Below are positions 12,181 to 21,297 of a stretch of 64,000 nucleotides of DNA, one piece after another. The stretch is from an uncultured Gammaproteobacteria bacterium (GTDB lineage Bacteria > Patescibacteriota > Patescibacteriia > 2-12-FULL-57-11). The stretch is taken from assembly GCA_964648865.1 (NCBI GenBank), contig CAZYLV010000001.1:18476-82475 (forward strand). The letters are read 5' to 3'. Made by a program: the position numbers and the translations under genes. The notes beneath the pieces are model-generated. The model made no database searches. It was given only the letters and a program-made list of their open reading frames with translations, and was not told the DNA's origin. Position 1 is the first letter of the stretch. Each line of letters starts with the position of its first letter.

Positions 12181-12282
12181 ATGACGAAGGAGGTCAAGAC
12201 CGTCGTCGCCGTGCTGCTCGCTCTCGCAGGCATCGCCGCCGCCGCCTGGGCGGTGTGGTGGAAGCTCATCCTGGTGCGATAA
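12181..12282 (+). CDS. Small single-TM protein (33 aa), not in the ORF track
   Basis: CCTATG start context; MTKEVKTVVAVLLALAGIAAAAWAVWWKLILVR*. Confidence 0.5.
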   Translation: MTKEVKTVVAVLLALAGIAAAAWAVWWKLILVR

Positions 12283-12325
12283 AGAAAAGGACGACGCCGA
12301 AGGACCCGTGCGGTCCGCTTCTGCG

Positions 12326-12988
12326 TCAGGGCGCGAGACGGATCTCGACGCCCAGGCCCGACACGCAGAGATGCCGCGCGTCGCGGAACCCCGCCGCCAG
12401 CGACTCGATGCAGACCCGCGGCAGGAAACGGAGCCCGTAGCGGCTGAAGCGCTCCTCGCCGGTCAGCGTCCAGTCCGCGCAGACCCCCTCGACGGCCCGC
12501 ATGAGCCGCGCCGCCATCATCGCCGGGTCGGCGAGCACCGGGCCGCGCTCGCCGTGCGGCGCCACCGGGTACTCGCAGAAGAGGTCGTAGGGCACGACCG
12601 GGGCGCAGACGTGCCCCTCGGCGCGCGCCACCACCTGGCGGACGCGCTTGGCCATGGCCTCCCCCGGCTCGGCACGCAGCAGCACGCGGCAGTACCGCCC
12701 GGTGTAGAGGGTCTCGCCGACCGCGCGGATGGCCTGCGCGGCGGCGTCGAGCCCGATGTCGAGATCCACGATCTCGGCCCGTCCGTGCATGAGCAGGATG
12801 GTCACCCGCGGATCGTCCTGCGGGCAGAGCTCCTGCATCATCTCGAAGGGGAAGCCCAGGACCTCCTCCTGGGTCGCCGGAGGCTGATGGCCAGACAGCA
12901 GCAGGTTGATCCGCCCGTAGCGGACGACCTGCGCGGCGCATGCCAGGCCGTGGTCGATGGTGTCTCCGGACGTCGTCGCTTCCGTCAC
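12326..12988 (-). CDS. Orphan hypothetical protein
   Basis: GTG with SD AGGAGGAGG; promoter TTGACA(13055-13050)-17-TATGGT. Confidence 0.7.
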   Translation of the reverse strand: MTEATTSGDTIDHGLACAAQVVRYGRINLLLSGHQPPATQEEVLGFPFEMMQELCPQDDPRVTILLMHGRAEIVDLDIGLDAAAQAIRAVGETLYTGRYCRVLLRAEPGEAMAKRVRQVVARAEGHVCAPVVPYDLFCEYPVAPHGERGPVLADPAMMAARLMRAVEGVCADWTLTGEERFSRYGLRFLPRVCIESLAAGFRDARHLCVSGLGVEIRLAP

Positions 12989-13121
12989 GTTGCCTCCTCC
13001 TGTGTTCCGCCATTGCGGCGGGCAAGACCATACCGCCCTGGCGCCCCCTTGTCAAAGCCCGGGCAGGGTGATACGCTCCGGTCGATGCCCCCCGCGGGGG
13101 GTTTTTTGGAAGGAACACCGT

Positions 13122-13325
13122 ATGAACGCCGCACACAACCCGGTCCTCAGCTACGTGCAGAGCTCCATCGTGGAGCTGCGGAAGGTCACCTGGCCGAGCC
13201 GCCGCGAGGTCACGACCCACACCGTCCTGGTGCTCGCCGTGACGGCGGGCGTGGCCGCGGTCTTCGCGGGCGTCGACGCCCTGCTCAACCTGGGGCTGAC
13301 CGCGCTCCTCGACGTGGTGCAGTAG
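13122..13325 (+). CDS. secE: Preprotein translocase subunit SecE
   Basis: ELRKVTWPSRRE plus TM; upstream of nusG. Confidence 0.93.
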   Translation: MNAAHNPVLSYVQSSIVELRKVTWPSRREVTTHTVLVLAVTAGVAAVFAGVDALLNLGLTALLDVVQ

Positions 13326-13326
13326 T

Positions 13327-13872
13327 ATGCCCAAGCAAGTCATCAAGCACGGCCGGCGCTGGTACGCCATCCATACCTACTCCGGCTACGAGGAGAACGT
13401 CGCGCAGAACCTGCGCACCCGCATCGAGTCCTTGGACATGCAGGAGAAGATCTTCAACGTCCTGGTGCCCAAGGAAAAGAAGATCAAGATCAAGAACGGC
13501 AAGCGCAAGGTGGTCGAGGAGAAGATCTTCCCCGGCTACGTGCTGGTGGAGATGGTCGTCGAGGACGACTCCTGGTACGTGGTGCGCAACACGCCCAACG
13601 TGACCGGCTTCATCGGCACCGGCACCACCCCGACCCCCATCGACGAGGCCGAGATCAAGTCGCTGCAGAAGCGCATGGGCGTGGAGGAGCCGCAGTACAA
13701 GATCGACATCGGCGTCGGCGACCCGGTGCGCATCAACGACGGCCCGTTCAAGAACTTCGAGGGCAAGGTCAGCGACATCGACGAGACCCGCGGCAAGGTC
13801 AAGGTCCTGGTCTCCATGTTCGGCCGCGAGACCCCCGTCGAGCTGGACTTCTTGCAAGTCAAGAAGATCTGA
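13327..13872 (+). CDS. nusG: Transcription termination/antitermination factor
   Basis: WYAIHTYSGYE, FPGYVLVEM, VRNTPNVTGF, MFGRETPVEL. Confidence 0.98.
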   Translation: MPKQVIKHGRRWYAIHTYSGYEENVAQNLRTRIESLDMQEKIFNVLVPKEKKIKIKNGKRKVVEEKIFPGYVLVEMVVEDDSWYVVRNTPNVTGFIGTGTTPTPIDEAEIKSLQKRMGVEEPQYKIDIGVGDPVRINDGPFKNFEGKVSDIDETRGKVKVLVSMFGRETPVELDFLQVKKI

Positions 13873-13889
13873 TGTAAGAACCTGCTGCT

Positions 13890-14318
13890 ATGGCCGCCAA
13901 GAAAGTCAAGACCCTCATCAAGCTGCAGATCCCGGGTGGGCAGGCCAACCCCGCTCCCCCGGTCGGTCCGGCGTTGGGCCAGCACGGCCTCAACATCGCC
14001 GAGTTCTGCCAGAAGTTCAACGCCGCCACCAAGGACAAGATGGGCGAGGTGACGCCGGTCGTCATCACGGTCTACGAGGACCGCAGCTACGAGTTCGTCA
14101 CCAAGACCCCGCCCGCCGCCGAGCTGCTCAAGAAGGCCGCCGGCATCCAGAAGGGCTCCGGCAAGCCGCTGACCGAGAAGGTCGGCTCCGTGACGCTGGC
14201 CCAGGTGCGTGAGATCGCCGAGAAGAAGCTTCCCGACCTCAACACCACGGACGTCGACGCCGCCGTCGAGACCATCAAGGGCACAGCCCGGCAGATGGGC
14301 CTCGAGGTCAAGGAGTGA
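13890..14318 (+). CDS. rplK: 50S ribosomal protein L11
   Basis: [28 protein letters not shown]. Confidence 0.98.
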   Translation: MAAKKVKTLIKLQIPGGQANPAPPVGPALGQHGLNIAEFCQKFNAATKDKMGEVTPVVITVYEDRSYEFVTKTPPAAELLKKAAGIQKGSGKPLTEKVGSVTLAQVREIAEKKLPDLNTTDVDAAVETIKGTARQMGLEVKE

Positions 14319-14331
14319 CCCCGCCCGAAGG

Positions 14332-14361
14332 ACGAAACCCGGTCATCCGACCGGGTTTCGT
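14332..14361 (+). terminator. Hairpin after rplK
   Basis: ACGAAACCCGGTC-ATCC-GACCGGGTTTCGT, perfect 13-bp stem. Confidence 0.65.
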
Positions 14362-14411
14362 GTTATACTTTCCGGCGACCATCGTAATTCATCGCGTAGC
14401 CATCGGCTGAT

Positions 14412-15311
14412 ATGGCGAAAAAGAAGAAAGCAATGACCACGGCACCCGCAGCCCCCGCCCCGGCATCCAAGGGGCCGGACGGCAACGCCACCACCTACCT
14501 CATCGCCCTCGGCATCCTGCTGGCGCTCTTCGCCGGCACCGTCGTGCTGCTGCTCTCCACCCCCAAGGGCAAGGAGCTGCTCGGCCGCGCGCCTGCCCCG
14601 AGCGGCGTCGAGGGGCCGGCGGCAAACGCGCCGGCCATGGCCAACGGAAACGCCAACGTCCCGCCACCCGGGCCGGCGCTGAACGAGATGGGCTTGCCGG
14701 AAGGCGGGCGCGTCGAGCTCGTGGACACCTTGGACGCGGACGGCGTGATGGTCGTGGACCAGAAGGTGGTCTGGCGCTCCGAGAGCGGCGACATCACGCT
14801 CGTGGAGCATGCCTCGGACCTGTTGCCCGCGCTCAAGGAGGGCAGCAGCGCGCTCGGCATCGTCGGACGGCCGAGCGGCTCCACGCGCGTCATCTTCGCC
14901 TTCGGCTGCGCCGGCGGCTGCGATGCGCCCGGCCTGTACCGCCCTATGGCCTTCGATCCGGCGCTGCGCGCCTTCATCCCGCTCATCAACGCCCCGGACC
15001 ACTACATCGGCGCCGGCCAGCTCTCCCCCAACGAGCGGCGCATGTGGTTCACCGGTCCCAGCGACGACATCGAGCAGCGCGAGCTCTGGGTCTATGACTT
15101 CGTGAACGACAAGCAGACCCTGGCGATCCGCCTGCCGAACAGCGAGACGCTCACGGCCTACGAACCGGAGATCGGCCCCAAGGCGGTGACCATCCGCTGG
15201 GTCGACCCGACCCAGCTCGAGTACAAGGTCTACCGCGCCTCCGCCGCCGTCCCCAGCTACGAGCGGCCGCGGACGGAGATCGCCACCCGGACCGCCTCGG
15301 TCCCGCAATAA
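14412..15311 (+). CDS. Membrane-anchored hypothetical protein interrupting rplK-rplA
   Basis: N-terminal TM, Pro/Ala/Asn linker, CAGGC, propeller-like LSPNERR; own TGTTATACT promoter. Confidence 0.8.
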   Translation: MAKKKKAMTTAPAAPAPASKGPDGNATTYLIALGILLALFAGTVVLLLSTPKGKELLGRAPAPSGVEGPAANAPAMANGNANVPPPGPALNEMGLPEGGRVELVDTLDADGVMVVDQKVVWRSESGDITLVEHASDLLPALKEGSSALGIVGRPSGSTRVIFAFGCAGGCDAPGLYRPMAFDPALRAFIPLINAPDHYIGAGQLSPNERRMWFTGPSDDIEQRELWVYDFVNDKQTLAIRLPNSETLTAYEPEIGPKAVTIRWVDPTQLEYKVYRASAAVPSYERPRTEIATRTASVPQ

Positions 15312-15327
15312 CCGATCACGATGTCCT

Positions 15328-15356
15328 GTAGGGGCGGGTTTCAAACCCGCCCCTAC
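15328..15356. repeat. GTAG-family REP, perfect palindrome
   Basis: GTAGGGGCGGGTTT-C-AAACCCGCCCCTAC. Confidence 0.8.
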
Positions 15357-15398
15357 TTGATTGTTTCACGGGCATCGTGTAGGGTCCCGCCATATTCC

Positions 15399-15431
15399 CG
15401 TGGGAGGACCATCCGGTCCGCCAACACCACG
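15399..15431 (+). promoter_or_regulatory. L1-binding autoregulatory mRNA leader
   Basis: CGTGGGAGGACC-ATCC-GGTCCGCCAACACCACG matches the GUGGGAG-hairpin-ACCAC L1 site architecture. Confidence 0.7.
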
Positions 15432-15444
15432 TAACGGAAACCCT

Positions 15445-16128
15445 ATGCGCAGCAAGCGCTACCAGGAGGCCAAGAAGCTCGTCGACAGCAAGAAGACCTA
15501 CGTCCTCGAGGAGGCCGTGACCCTGGCCAAGAAGACGGCCACCGCCAAGTTCGACGCCACCATCGAGCTGCACGTGCGCCTCGGCATCGACCCCAAGAAG
15601 GGCGAGCAGCAGGTGCGCGGCACGCTCTCGCTGCCGCACGGCACGGGCGGCGCGGCCAAGAAGGTCATCGCCTTCGTCTCCGGCGACAAGGAGAAGGACG
15701 CCAAAGACGCCGGTGCCGACATCATCGGCGGCGAGGAGCTCATCGAGGAGCTGGCCAAGACCGGCAAGATCGATTTCGACATCGCCGTGGCCACGCCCGA
15801 CATGATGCCCAAGCTCGCCAAGGTGGCGAAGGTCCTCGGCCCCAAGGGCCTCATGCCGAACCCCAAGACCGAGACGGTCGGCGCGGACGTCAAGAAGATG
15901 GTCGGCGAGCTCAAGAAGGGCAAGATCGCCTTCAAGACCGACGACGGCGGCAACGTCCACATGCCCGTCGGCAAGGCCTCCTTCACCGAGGGCCAGCTGC
16001 TCGAGAACGCCACGGCCGCGCTCGAGGCCCTGAAGCGCCTCAAGCCTGCCTCCTCCAAGGGCGTCTACCTGGAACAGATCGTGCTCGCGGCCACCATGGG
16101 CCCGGGCGTCAAGACCACCTACGCCTGA
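15445..16128 (+). CDS. rplA: 50S ribosomal protein L1
   Basis: KFDATIELH..LGIDP, QVRGT.SLPHGTG, LGPKGLMPNPK, TMGPG. Confidence 0.98.
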   Translation: MRSKRYQEAKKLVDSKKTYVLEEAVTLAKKTATAKFDATIELHVRLGIDPKKGEQQVRGTLSLPHGTGGAAKKVIAFVSGDKEKDAKDAGADIIGGEELIEELAKTGKIDFDIAVATPDMMPKLAKVAKVLGPKGLMPNPKTETVGADVKKMVGELKKGKIAFKTDDGGNVHMPVGKASFTEGQLLENATAALEALKRLKPASSKGVYLEQIVLAATMGPGVKTTYA

Positions 16129-16136
16129 GCCACGGG

Positions 16137-16164
16137 ACCGGCTGGACCCTCCAGCCGGTTTTTT
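16137..16164 (+). terminator. Intrinsic terminator after rplA
   Basis: ACCGGCTGGA/TCCAGCCGGT stem plus T-run. Confidence 0.8.
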
Positions 16165-16191
16165 GGTACGGTTCCCCTCCTGACCCGGCCT

Positions 16192-16671
16192 ATGCCTCCG
16201 CTCGCCCGCCCCTCCTGGGACCAGTACTTCATGAGCATCGCCCACGAGGTGTCGCGCCGCAGCAACTGCTCGGCCCGCCAGGTGGCGGCCATCGTGGTGC
16301 GCGACAAGCGCATCATCTCCACAGGCTACAACGGCACCCCACGCAACACCAAGAATTGCTTCGAGGGCGGCTGTCCGCGCTGCGCGGCGCGGACCGAAGC
16401 CACGGCCGGGACGCGGCTCGAGGAGTGCACCTGCTCGCACGGCGAGGAGAACGCCATCGTCCAGGCGGCCTACCACGGCATCTCGCTCAAGGAGTCGACG
16501 CTCTACTCCACCTACTCGCCGTGCCTGCTCTGCGCCAAGATGATCATCAACGCGGGAATCAAGGAGGTCGTCTACGCCGCGGACTACCCGCTCGCCGCGA
16601 TGGCCACCTCCCTCATGCGTGAGGCCGGCGTCATGCTCCGGCAGCACGCACCGACCCCCCTGACCTCCTGA
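16192..16671 (+). CDS. dCMP deaminase (ComEB-like)
   Basis: RPSWDQYFM, STGYNG, HGEENAI, PCLLC. Confidence 0.92.
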   Translation: MPPLARPSWDQYFMSIAHEVSRRSNCSARQVAAIVVRDKRIISTGYNGTPRNTKNCFEGGCPRCAARTEATAGTRLEECTCSHGEENAIVQAAYHGISLKESTLYSTYSPCLLCAKMIINAGIKEVVYAADYPLAAMATSLMREAGVMLRQHAPTPLTS

Positions 16672-16672
16672 C

Positions 16673-17251
16673 ATGCCCACGCTCATCCTCGGACTCGTCG
16701 GCGAGAAGGCCGGCGGCAAAGGCACCATCGCCGCGCACCTCAAGGAGAAGCACGGCGCGCCCAGCTACTCCTTCGGCGGCATCCTCAAGGACATCCTGGT
16801 GCGCCTGCACCTGCCGCTGTCGCGGGAGAACTTCATCAAGATGTCGGTCAACCTGCGCGCCACCTTCGGCGAGCCGCTCTTCGCGCACGTCATGGCCGAG
16901 GACGTGACCAAGGAAGCGGCGCCGCTCGTGGTCGTCGACGGCATCCGTCGCCCGGCGGACATCGAGGAGCTCCGCAAGCTCCCGGGTTTCCATCTCCTCT
17001 ATGTCACGGCGGACGCCAAGGTCCGCTGGGAGCGCTCCGTGAAGCGCGGCGAGAAGGCCGGGGAATCCGAGACGACCTTCGAGCAGTTCATGGCCGAGGA
17101 GCTGGCGCCGACCGAGACCTCCATCGCCGACGTGGCGCGGGAAGCGGAGATCACCATCGACAACAACGGCACCTTCGACGCGCTGCACGAACAGGTGGAG
17201 CGCGCGGTGGCCACCTTCGGCTATGCAGGTCCGGATCTCGCGCATCGATAA
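16673..17251 (+). CDS. P-loop nucleotide kinase (dNMP/dephospho-CoA kinase-like)
   Basis: GEKAGGKGT, VVDGIRR, IDNNGT. Confidence 0.8.
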   Translation: MPTLILGLVGEKAGGKGTIAAHLKEKHGAPSYSFGGILKDILVRLHLPLSRENFIKMSVNLRATFGEPLFAHVMAEDVTKEAAPLVVVDGIRRPADIEELRKLPGFHLLYVTADAKVRWERSVKRGEKAGESETTFEQFMAEELAPTETSIADVAREAEITIDNNGTFDALHEQVERAVATFGYAGPDLAHR

Positions 17252-17657
17252 GGCGCTGCCGCTCCCCCGCTACGAGACGGACGGCGCCGTCGCCTTCGAC
17301 CTCATCACCCGCGAGACGACCGTCGTGCCGGCGCACGCCTTCGCGCTGGTGCCGGTCAACGTCGTGGTCATGATCCCCGACGGCCACGCCCTGCTGCTGA
17401 CCACGCGCTCGTCCACGCCGCGGAAGAAAGGCCTCATCCTGCCGATGGGCGTCATCGACCAGGACTACTGCGGGCCGGAGGACGAGCTCAAACTCCAGGT
17501 CATCAACTTCACGGGAGAGCCGAGCACCGTGGAGCGCGGCGAGCGCATCGGCCAGGCGATCTTCGTCGCCATCGGCAAGGCGCGCTGGGAGGAGGTCGAG
17601 CGCATGGAGGGCCCGAACCGCGGCGGCTTCGGCACCACGGGCGGCTATGTCGGGTAA
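17223..17657 (+). CDS. dut: dUTP diphosphatase
   Basis: AVAFDL, RSS, GVIDQDYCG, GERIGQ, RGGFGTTG. Confidence 0.92.
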   Translation: MQVRISRIDKALPLPRYETDGAVAFDLITRETTVVPAHAFALVPVNVVVMIPDGHALLLTTRSSTPRKKGLILPMGVIDQDYCGPEDELKLQVINFTGEPSTVERGERIGQAIFVAIGKARWEEVERMEGPNRGGFGTTGGYVG

Positions 17658-18369
17658 GGGATTCCACGTGATCGTCGACGGCATCGACGGCTCCGGCAAG
17701 AGCACCGTCGTCACGGCCATCCGCGAGGCGCTCGCTGCGGAGGGCAAGCGGGTCCTCGACGTGCCCGCGACCTGGAAGGGACGCGGCGACTACCCCACGC
17801 CGGAGGAGATCGCCGCGGCCGACGTCGTCGTGACTGCGGAGCCGTCCACCGTCTGGGTGGGTGCGGCCATCCGGGGCGAGCTCATCCGCGCGGGCGCCGC
17901 CTACGGGGACCGTTCGATCGCCCAGGCCTTCGCGCTGGACCGCGAGATCCACTACCGCCGGGTGGTCATCCCGGCCCGGGAGGCAGGGAAGGTCATCCTC
18001 CAGGACCGCGGCGTCTCCTCCTCGCTCGCCTACCAATCGCTCCGGACCGGGCTCACGATCGAGGAACTCTCGGCGCTGCCCGGCAACGCCCTGGCGCTCG
18101 CGCATTCCCCGGACGCGCTCGTCTTTGCTACACTGTCCGTGGAGACCGCGCTCGCGCGGCTCGAGGCGCGGTCCGAGAAGAAGGACCACTCACGGTACGA
18201 GAAGCGCGCCGACCTCGAGGGGTTGGCCGAGCGCTACGCCGCGCCGTGGTTCCGGACGCTGTTCACCGACCGGGGCACGACGGTGCTCGGACTCTCCACG
18301 GAAGAGGACCGCACCGCCGTGGCCGCAGCCGCCGTCGCACTGTTCCGTTCCCTTCTTTCCCACGATTAA
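17647..18369 (+). CDS. tmk: Thymidylate kinase
   Basis: DGIDGSGKST, AEP, FALDR, QDRGVSSSLAYQ. Confidence 0.88.
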   Translation: MSGKGFHVIVDGIDGSGKSTVVTAIREALAAEGKRVLDVPATWKGRGDYPTPEEIAAADVVVTAEPSTVWVGAAIRGELIRAGAAYGDRSIAQAFALDREIHYRRVVIPAREAGKVILQDRGVSSSLAYQSLRTGLTIEELSALPGNALALAHSPDALVFATLSVETALARLEARSEKKDHSRYEKRADLEGLAERYAAPWFRTLFTDRGTTVLGLSTEEDRTAVAAAAVALFRSLLSHD

Positions 18370-18471
18370 CGAGCGAACCGTCGTCCGCGCAGCGCGCGAG
18401 GACTGTCTGAGGAGCGCACCGTCCCTTGTGGCCGAGGCGCGACGAGTTCCGCAGCGCGCGGAGCGGACACG

Positions 18472-19248
18472 GTGAGCGACACCCGTATGGCCTTGCTCGG
18501 CGCCGCAGACATCATCGACCGCTCCTGGGAAGTCGTCCGCCGCAACGTGGGTCCTGTCCTGGCGCTGGTGGGCGTCTTCCTCGTGCCCTCGCTCGCGGCG
18601 AGCGCCGGCTTCGCCGTGCTCCAGTCCCGCGGACTGGAGGGCACGCAGCTGGTATCGGCCGGCGCGGCCATCTTCCTGCCCGTGGCCCTGCTCTCCCTCC
18701 TCGAGACGGTGGCCTTGGTACGGGTCGTCGCCGGCGGCATCACCGGCGCGCCCATCCCGACGCTCGGCACGCTGCTCCGAGAGGCGCTGCCCCTCGTCCC
18801 GGCGACGTTCTTCGCTTCGCTGGCGCTCTCCCTGCTCATGGCCGCGGGCTTCATCCTGCTCGTCGTCCCGGCGGTCGTCTTCGCGGTCTGGTTCGCCTTC
18901 GTGCTCCAGGCCATCGCCCTGGACGGCACCGGCTGGATGGCGGCCTTCTCCCGCAGCAAGGCGCTCTCGGCGGGCCGCTTCTTCCCGGTGCTTTGGCGGC
19001 TGGCCGCGCCCTATGTCTTCTGGCTGCTGGTGAGCTGGGTGCTCTCGGCGGCCCTCGTCTTCCTGCTCAACGGCGCGGCCGGCAGCTTCACCATCCGCCT
19101 GGCCGAGGACGCGCCGCTGTGGCTCTCGCTCTCCGCCGAGCTCGTCACGGACACGATCGGCGCGCTGGTGGCCCCCTTCTTCATCGCCACCTCGACGGCG
19201 CTCTACCTCAACCTCAAGGCCGAGATGCCTGGTGAGCGCCCCGCCTGA
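18472..19248 (+). CDS. Polytopic membrane protein (DUF975/GDPD-anchor-like)
   Basis: Five to six hydrophobic helices; AFSRSKAL.AGRFF motif. Confidence 0.8.
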   Translation: MSDTRMALLGAADIIDRSWEVVRRNVGPVLALVGVFLVPSLAASAGFAVLQSRGLEGTQLVSAGAAIFLPVALLSLLETVALVRVVAGGITGAPIPTLGTLLREALPLVPATFFASLALSLLMAAGFILLVVPAVVFAVWFAFVLQAIALDGTGWMAAFSRSKALSAGRFFPVLWRLAAPYVFWLLVSWVLSAALVFLLNGAAGSFTIRLAEDAPLWLSLSAELVTDTIGALVAPFFIATSTALYLNLKAEMPGERPA

Positions 19249-19249
19249 T

Positions 19250-20800
19250 ATGCGCTACGAGCCCGTCATCGGGCTGGAGGTGCACGTCCAGCTCGCCACC
19301 AAGACCAAGATGTTCTGCGGCTGCGGCATCGCCGCGGAGGACGCCGCGCCCAATACGAGCGTCTGCCCGGTGTGCATGGGCCATCCCGGGACGCTGCCCG
19401 TGGCCAACGCCGAGGCCGTGCGCCTCGGCGTCCGCGCCGGTCTGGCCTTGGGCTGCACCATCCCGGCCCAGGCCAAGTTCGACCGCAAGCACTATTTCTA
19501 CCCGGACCTGCCCAAGGGCTATCAGATCTCCCAATACGACGAGCCGATCTGCCGCGACGGCGCGCTGGCGGTGGAAGTCCCGGGCGAGGGCGGGATGCGC
19601 GAGGTGCGCGTGTCCATCGAGCGCGCCCATCTCGAGGAGGACGCCGCCAAGAACGTGCACGCCGGCGACCGTCTCGGCGTGGCCGCGGAAGGCGCCACGC
19701 TCGTGGACTACAACCGCGCCGGCACGCCGCTGCTCGAGATCGTCAGCGGGCCGGACATGCGGTCGGCCGCCGAAGCCAAGGCCTACCTCCAGGAGATGCG
19801 CGCCCTGATGCGCGCGCTCGGCGTCTCGGACGCCGACATGGAGCGCGGCCACATGCGCTGCGACGCCAACATCTCCCTGCGGCGCTACGAGGACGACGGC
19901 AGCGCCATCGACCTCACGCTGAACCCCAAGACCGAGATCAAGAACCTCAACTCCTTCCGCGCCGTGGAACGTGCCCTGGAGCACGAGATCCGCAGGCAGA
20001 AGGCCCTTTTCGAAGCCGGCACCCCGCCGGGCGCGCGCGAGACGCGCGGCTGGAACGACGCCACCGGCGAGACCGAGCCGCAACGCGCCAAGGAAGGCGA
20101 GGCCGACTACCGCTACTTCCCGGAGCCGGACCTCCCGCCGCTGCTGCTCGCCGACGTGGCGGCGCGCGAGCGCGGCCGCCTGCCGGAGCTGCCCGCGGCC
20201 AGGCGTCGCCGCTTCGCCGCGGAGTACGGCTTCTCCGGCGCCGACGTCCGGCAGATCGTGGCCGATCCCGACCTGGCGGAGTACGTGGAGCGCGTCGTCT
20301 CCGAACTCAAGAGCTGGCTGGCCTCGCTGCCGGAGGCCGACGGCACGGCGGACGAGCTCTGGGAACGCGACAAGGGGAAACTCGCCAGGCTGGTCTCCGG
20401 CTGGCTGCTGTCCAAGCTCGCCGGACTCATGGCGGAGAAGGGCGTCGGCTGGGCGGCGCTCCCGGTGGACGCCGAGAACATGGCCGAGTTCCTCTCCCTC
20501 GTCTGGACCCAGCAGGTGAACTCGACCGGCGCGCAGGCCATCCTCGCCGAGATGCTGGCGACCGGGAAGGATCCCAGCCACATCATGGAGGACCGCGGGC
20601 TCGGGCAGATCTCGGAGCCCGAGGAGCTGCGCCCGACGGTGCGCGACGTGCTCGCCAAGAATCCGGACCTCGCGGCGCAGGTACGCTCCGGCAAGACGCA
20701 GGTCGTGAAGATGCTCCTCGGCATGGTCATGAAGGCCACCGAGGGCCGCGCCCATCCCAAGACGACGGAGGCGCTGCTGCGGGAGGAGCTCGAGACATGA
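19250..20800 (+). CDS. gatB: Asp/Glu-tRNA amidotransferase subunit B
   Basis: IGLEVHVQL, FDRKHYFYPDLPKGYQISQ, HLEED, RCDANIS, DYRYFPEPDL. Confidence 0.97.
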   Translation: MRYEPVIGLEVHVQLATKTKMFCGCGIAAEDAAPNTSVCPVCMGHPGTLPVANAEAVRLGVRAGLALGCTIPAQAKFDRKHYFYPDLPKGYQISQYDEPICRDGALAVEVPGEGGMREVRVSIERAHLEEDAAKNVHAGDRLGVAAEGATLVDYNRAGTPLLEIVSGPDMRSAAEAKAYLQEMRALMRALGVSDADMERGHMRCDANISLRRYEDDGSAIDLTLNPKTEIKNLNSFRAVERALEHEIRRQKALFEAGTPPGARETRGWNDATGETEPQRAKEGEADYRYFPEPDLPPLLLADVAARERGRLPELPAARRRRFAAEYGFSGADVRQIVADPDLAEYVERVVSELKSWLASLPEADGTADELWERDKGKLARLVSGWLLSKLAGLMAEKGVGWAALPVDAENMAEFLSLVWTQQVNSTGAQAILAEMLATGKDPSHIMEDRGLGQISEPEELRPTVRDVLAKNPDLAAQVRSGKTQVVKMLLGMVMKATEGRAHPKTTEALLREELET

Positions 20801-20853
20801 AAAAAAGGACCCTCTTGGGATCCCACGCGGGCGGCGCCTCCGGGCGCCGTCTT

Positions 20854-21243
20854 TCAGTTCTTGGTCAAGCCGACGATGCGCTGACGGAGCTTCTCCGGAC
20901 GCATCTCGTGCGTGACCAGGATGGCCGTCACCGCCAATCCCCGACCACGGGCCTCGTTGACCGACCGGGCCACGCGCTGGTCATAGGTGCAGACGAAGCG
21001 GCGCGCGCGGCGATCGCTCCCGGTCACCGAGAAGACCGACGAGACCTTGGGTTCGTGCGGCGACGGGCCGTCGTGCTCCCAGCCGGAGATGGCCTCCTGC
21101 ATCTCCAGGAGCTCGAGCTGCCGGATGATCCGGCAGTCGAGCTCGTGCATCCGCAGCCGCTCGCGGCCCGCACGGCGGTCCTCGATGCCGCTGTCGCGGC
21201 GACGCCTGTCCGACCGCTCCTCGCTTCTCGCGTGTCGTGCCAT
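20854..21243 (-). CDS. Orphan basic protein
   Basis: SD GGAGGAG; promoter TTGACG(21301-21296)-17-TACCTT; hairpin at about 20830-20851 downstream. Confidence 0.6.
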   Translation of the reverse strand: MARHARSEERSDRRRRDSGIEDRRAGRERLRMHELDCRIIRQLELLEMQEAISGWEHDGPSPHEPKVSSVFSVTGSDRRARRFVCTYDQRVARSVNEARGRGLAVTAILVTHEMRPEKLRQRIVGLTKN

Positions 21244-21297
21244 CGCTCCTCCATCGTTGGGCGACCCGACGGAAGGTACGCGAGCGGCGCGGCGCCG

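Noticed and set aside
13085-13110. tRNA-Trp or other ncRNA expected before secE
   Set aside because: Only a short C-run/G-run hairpin; no cloverleaf.
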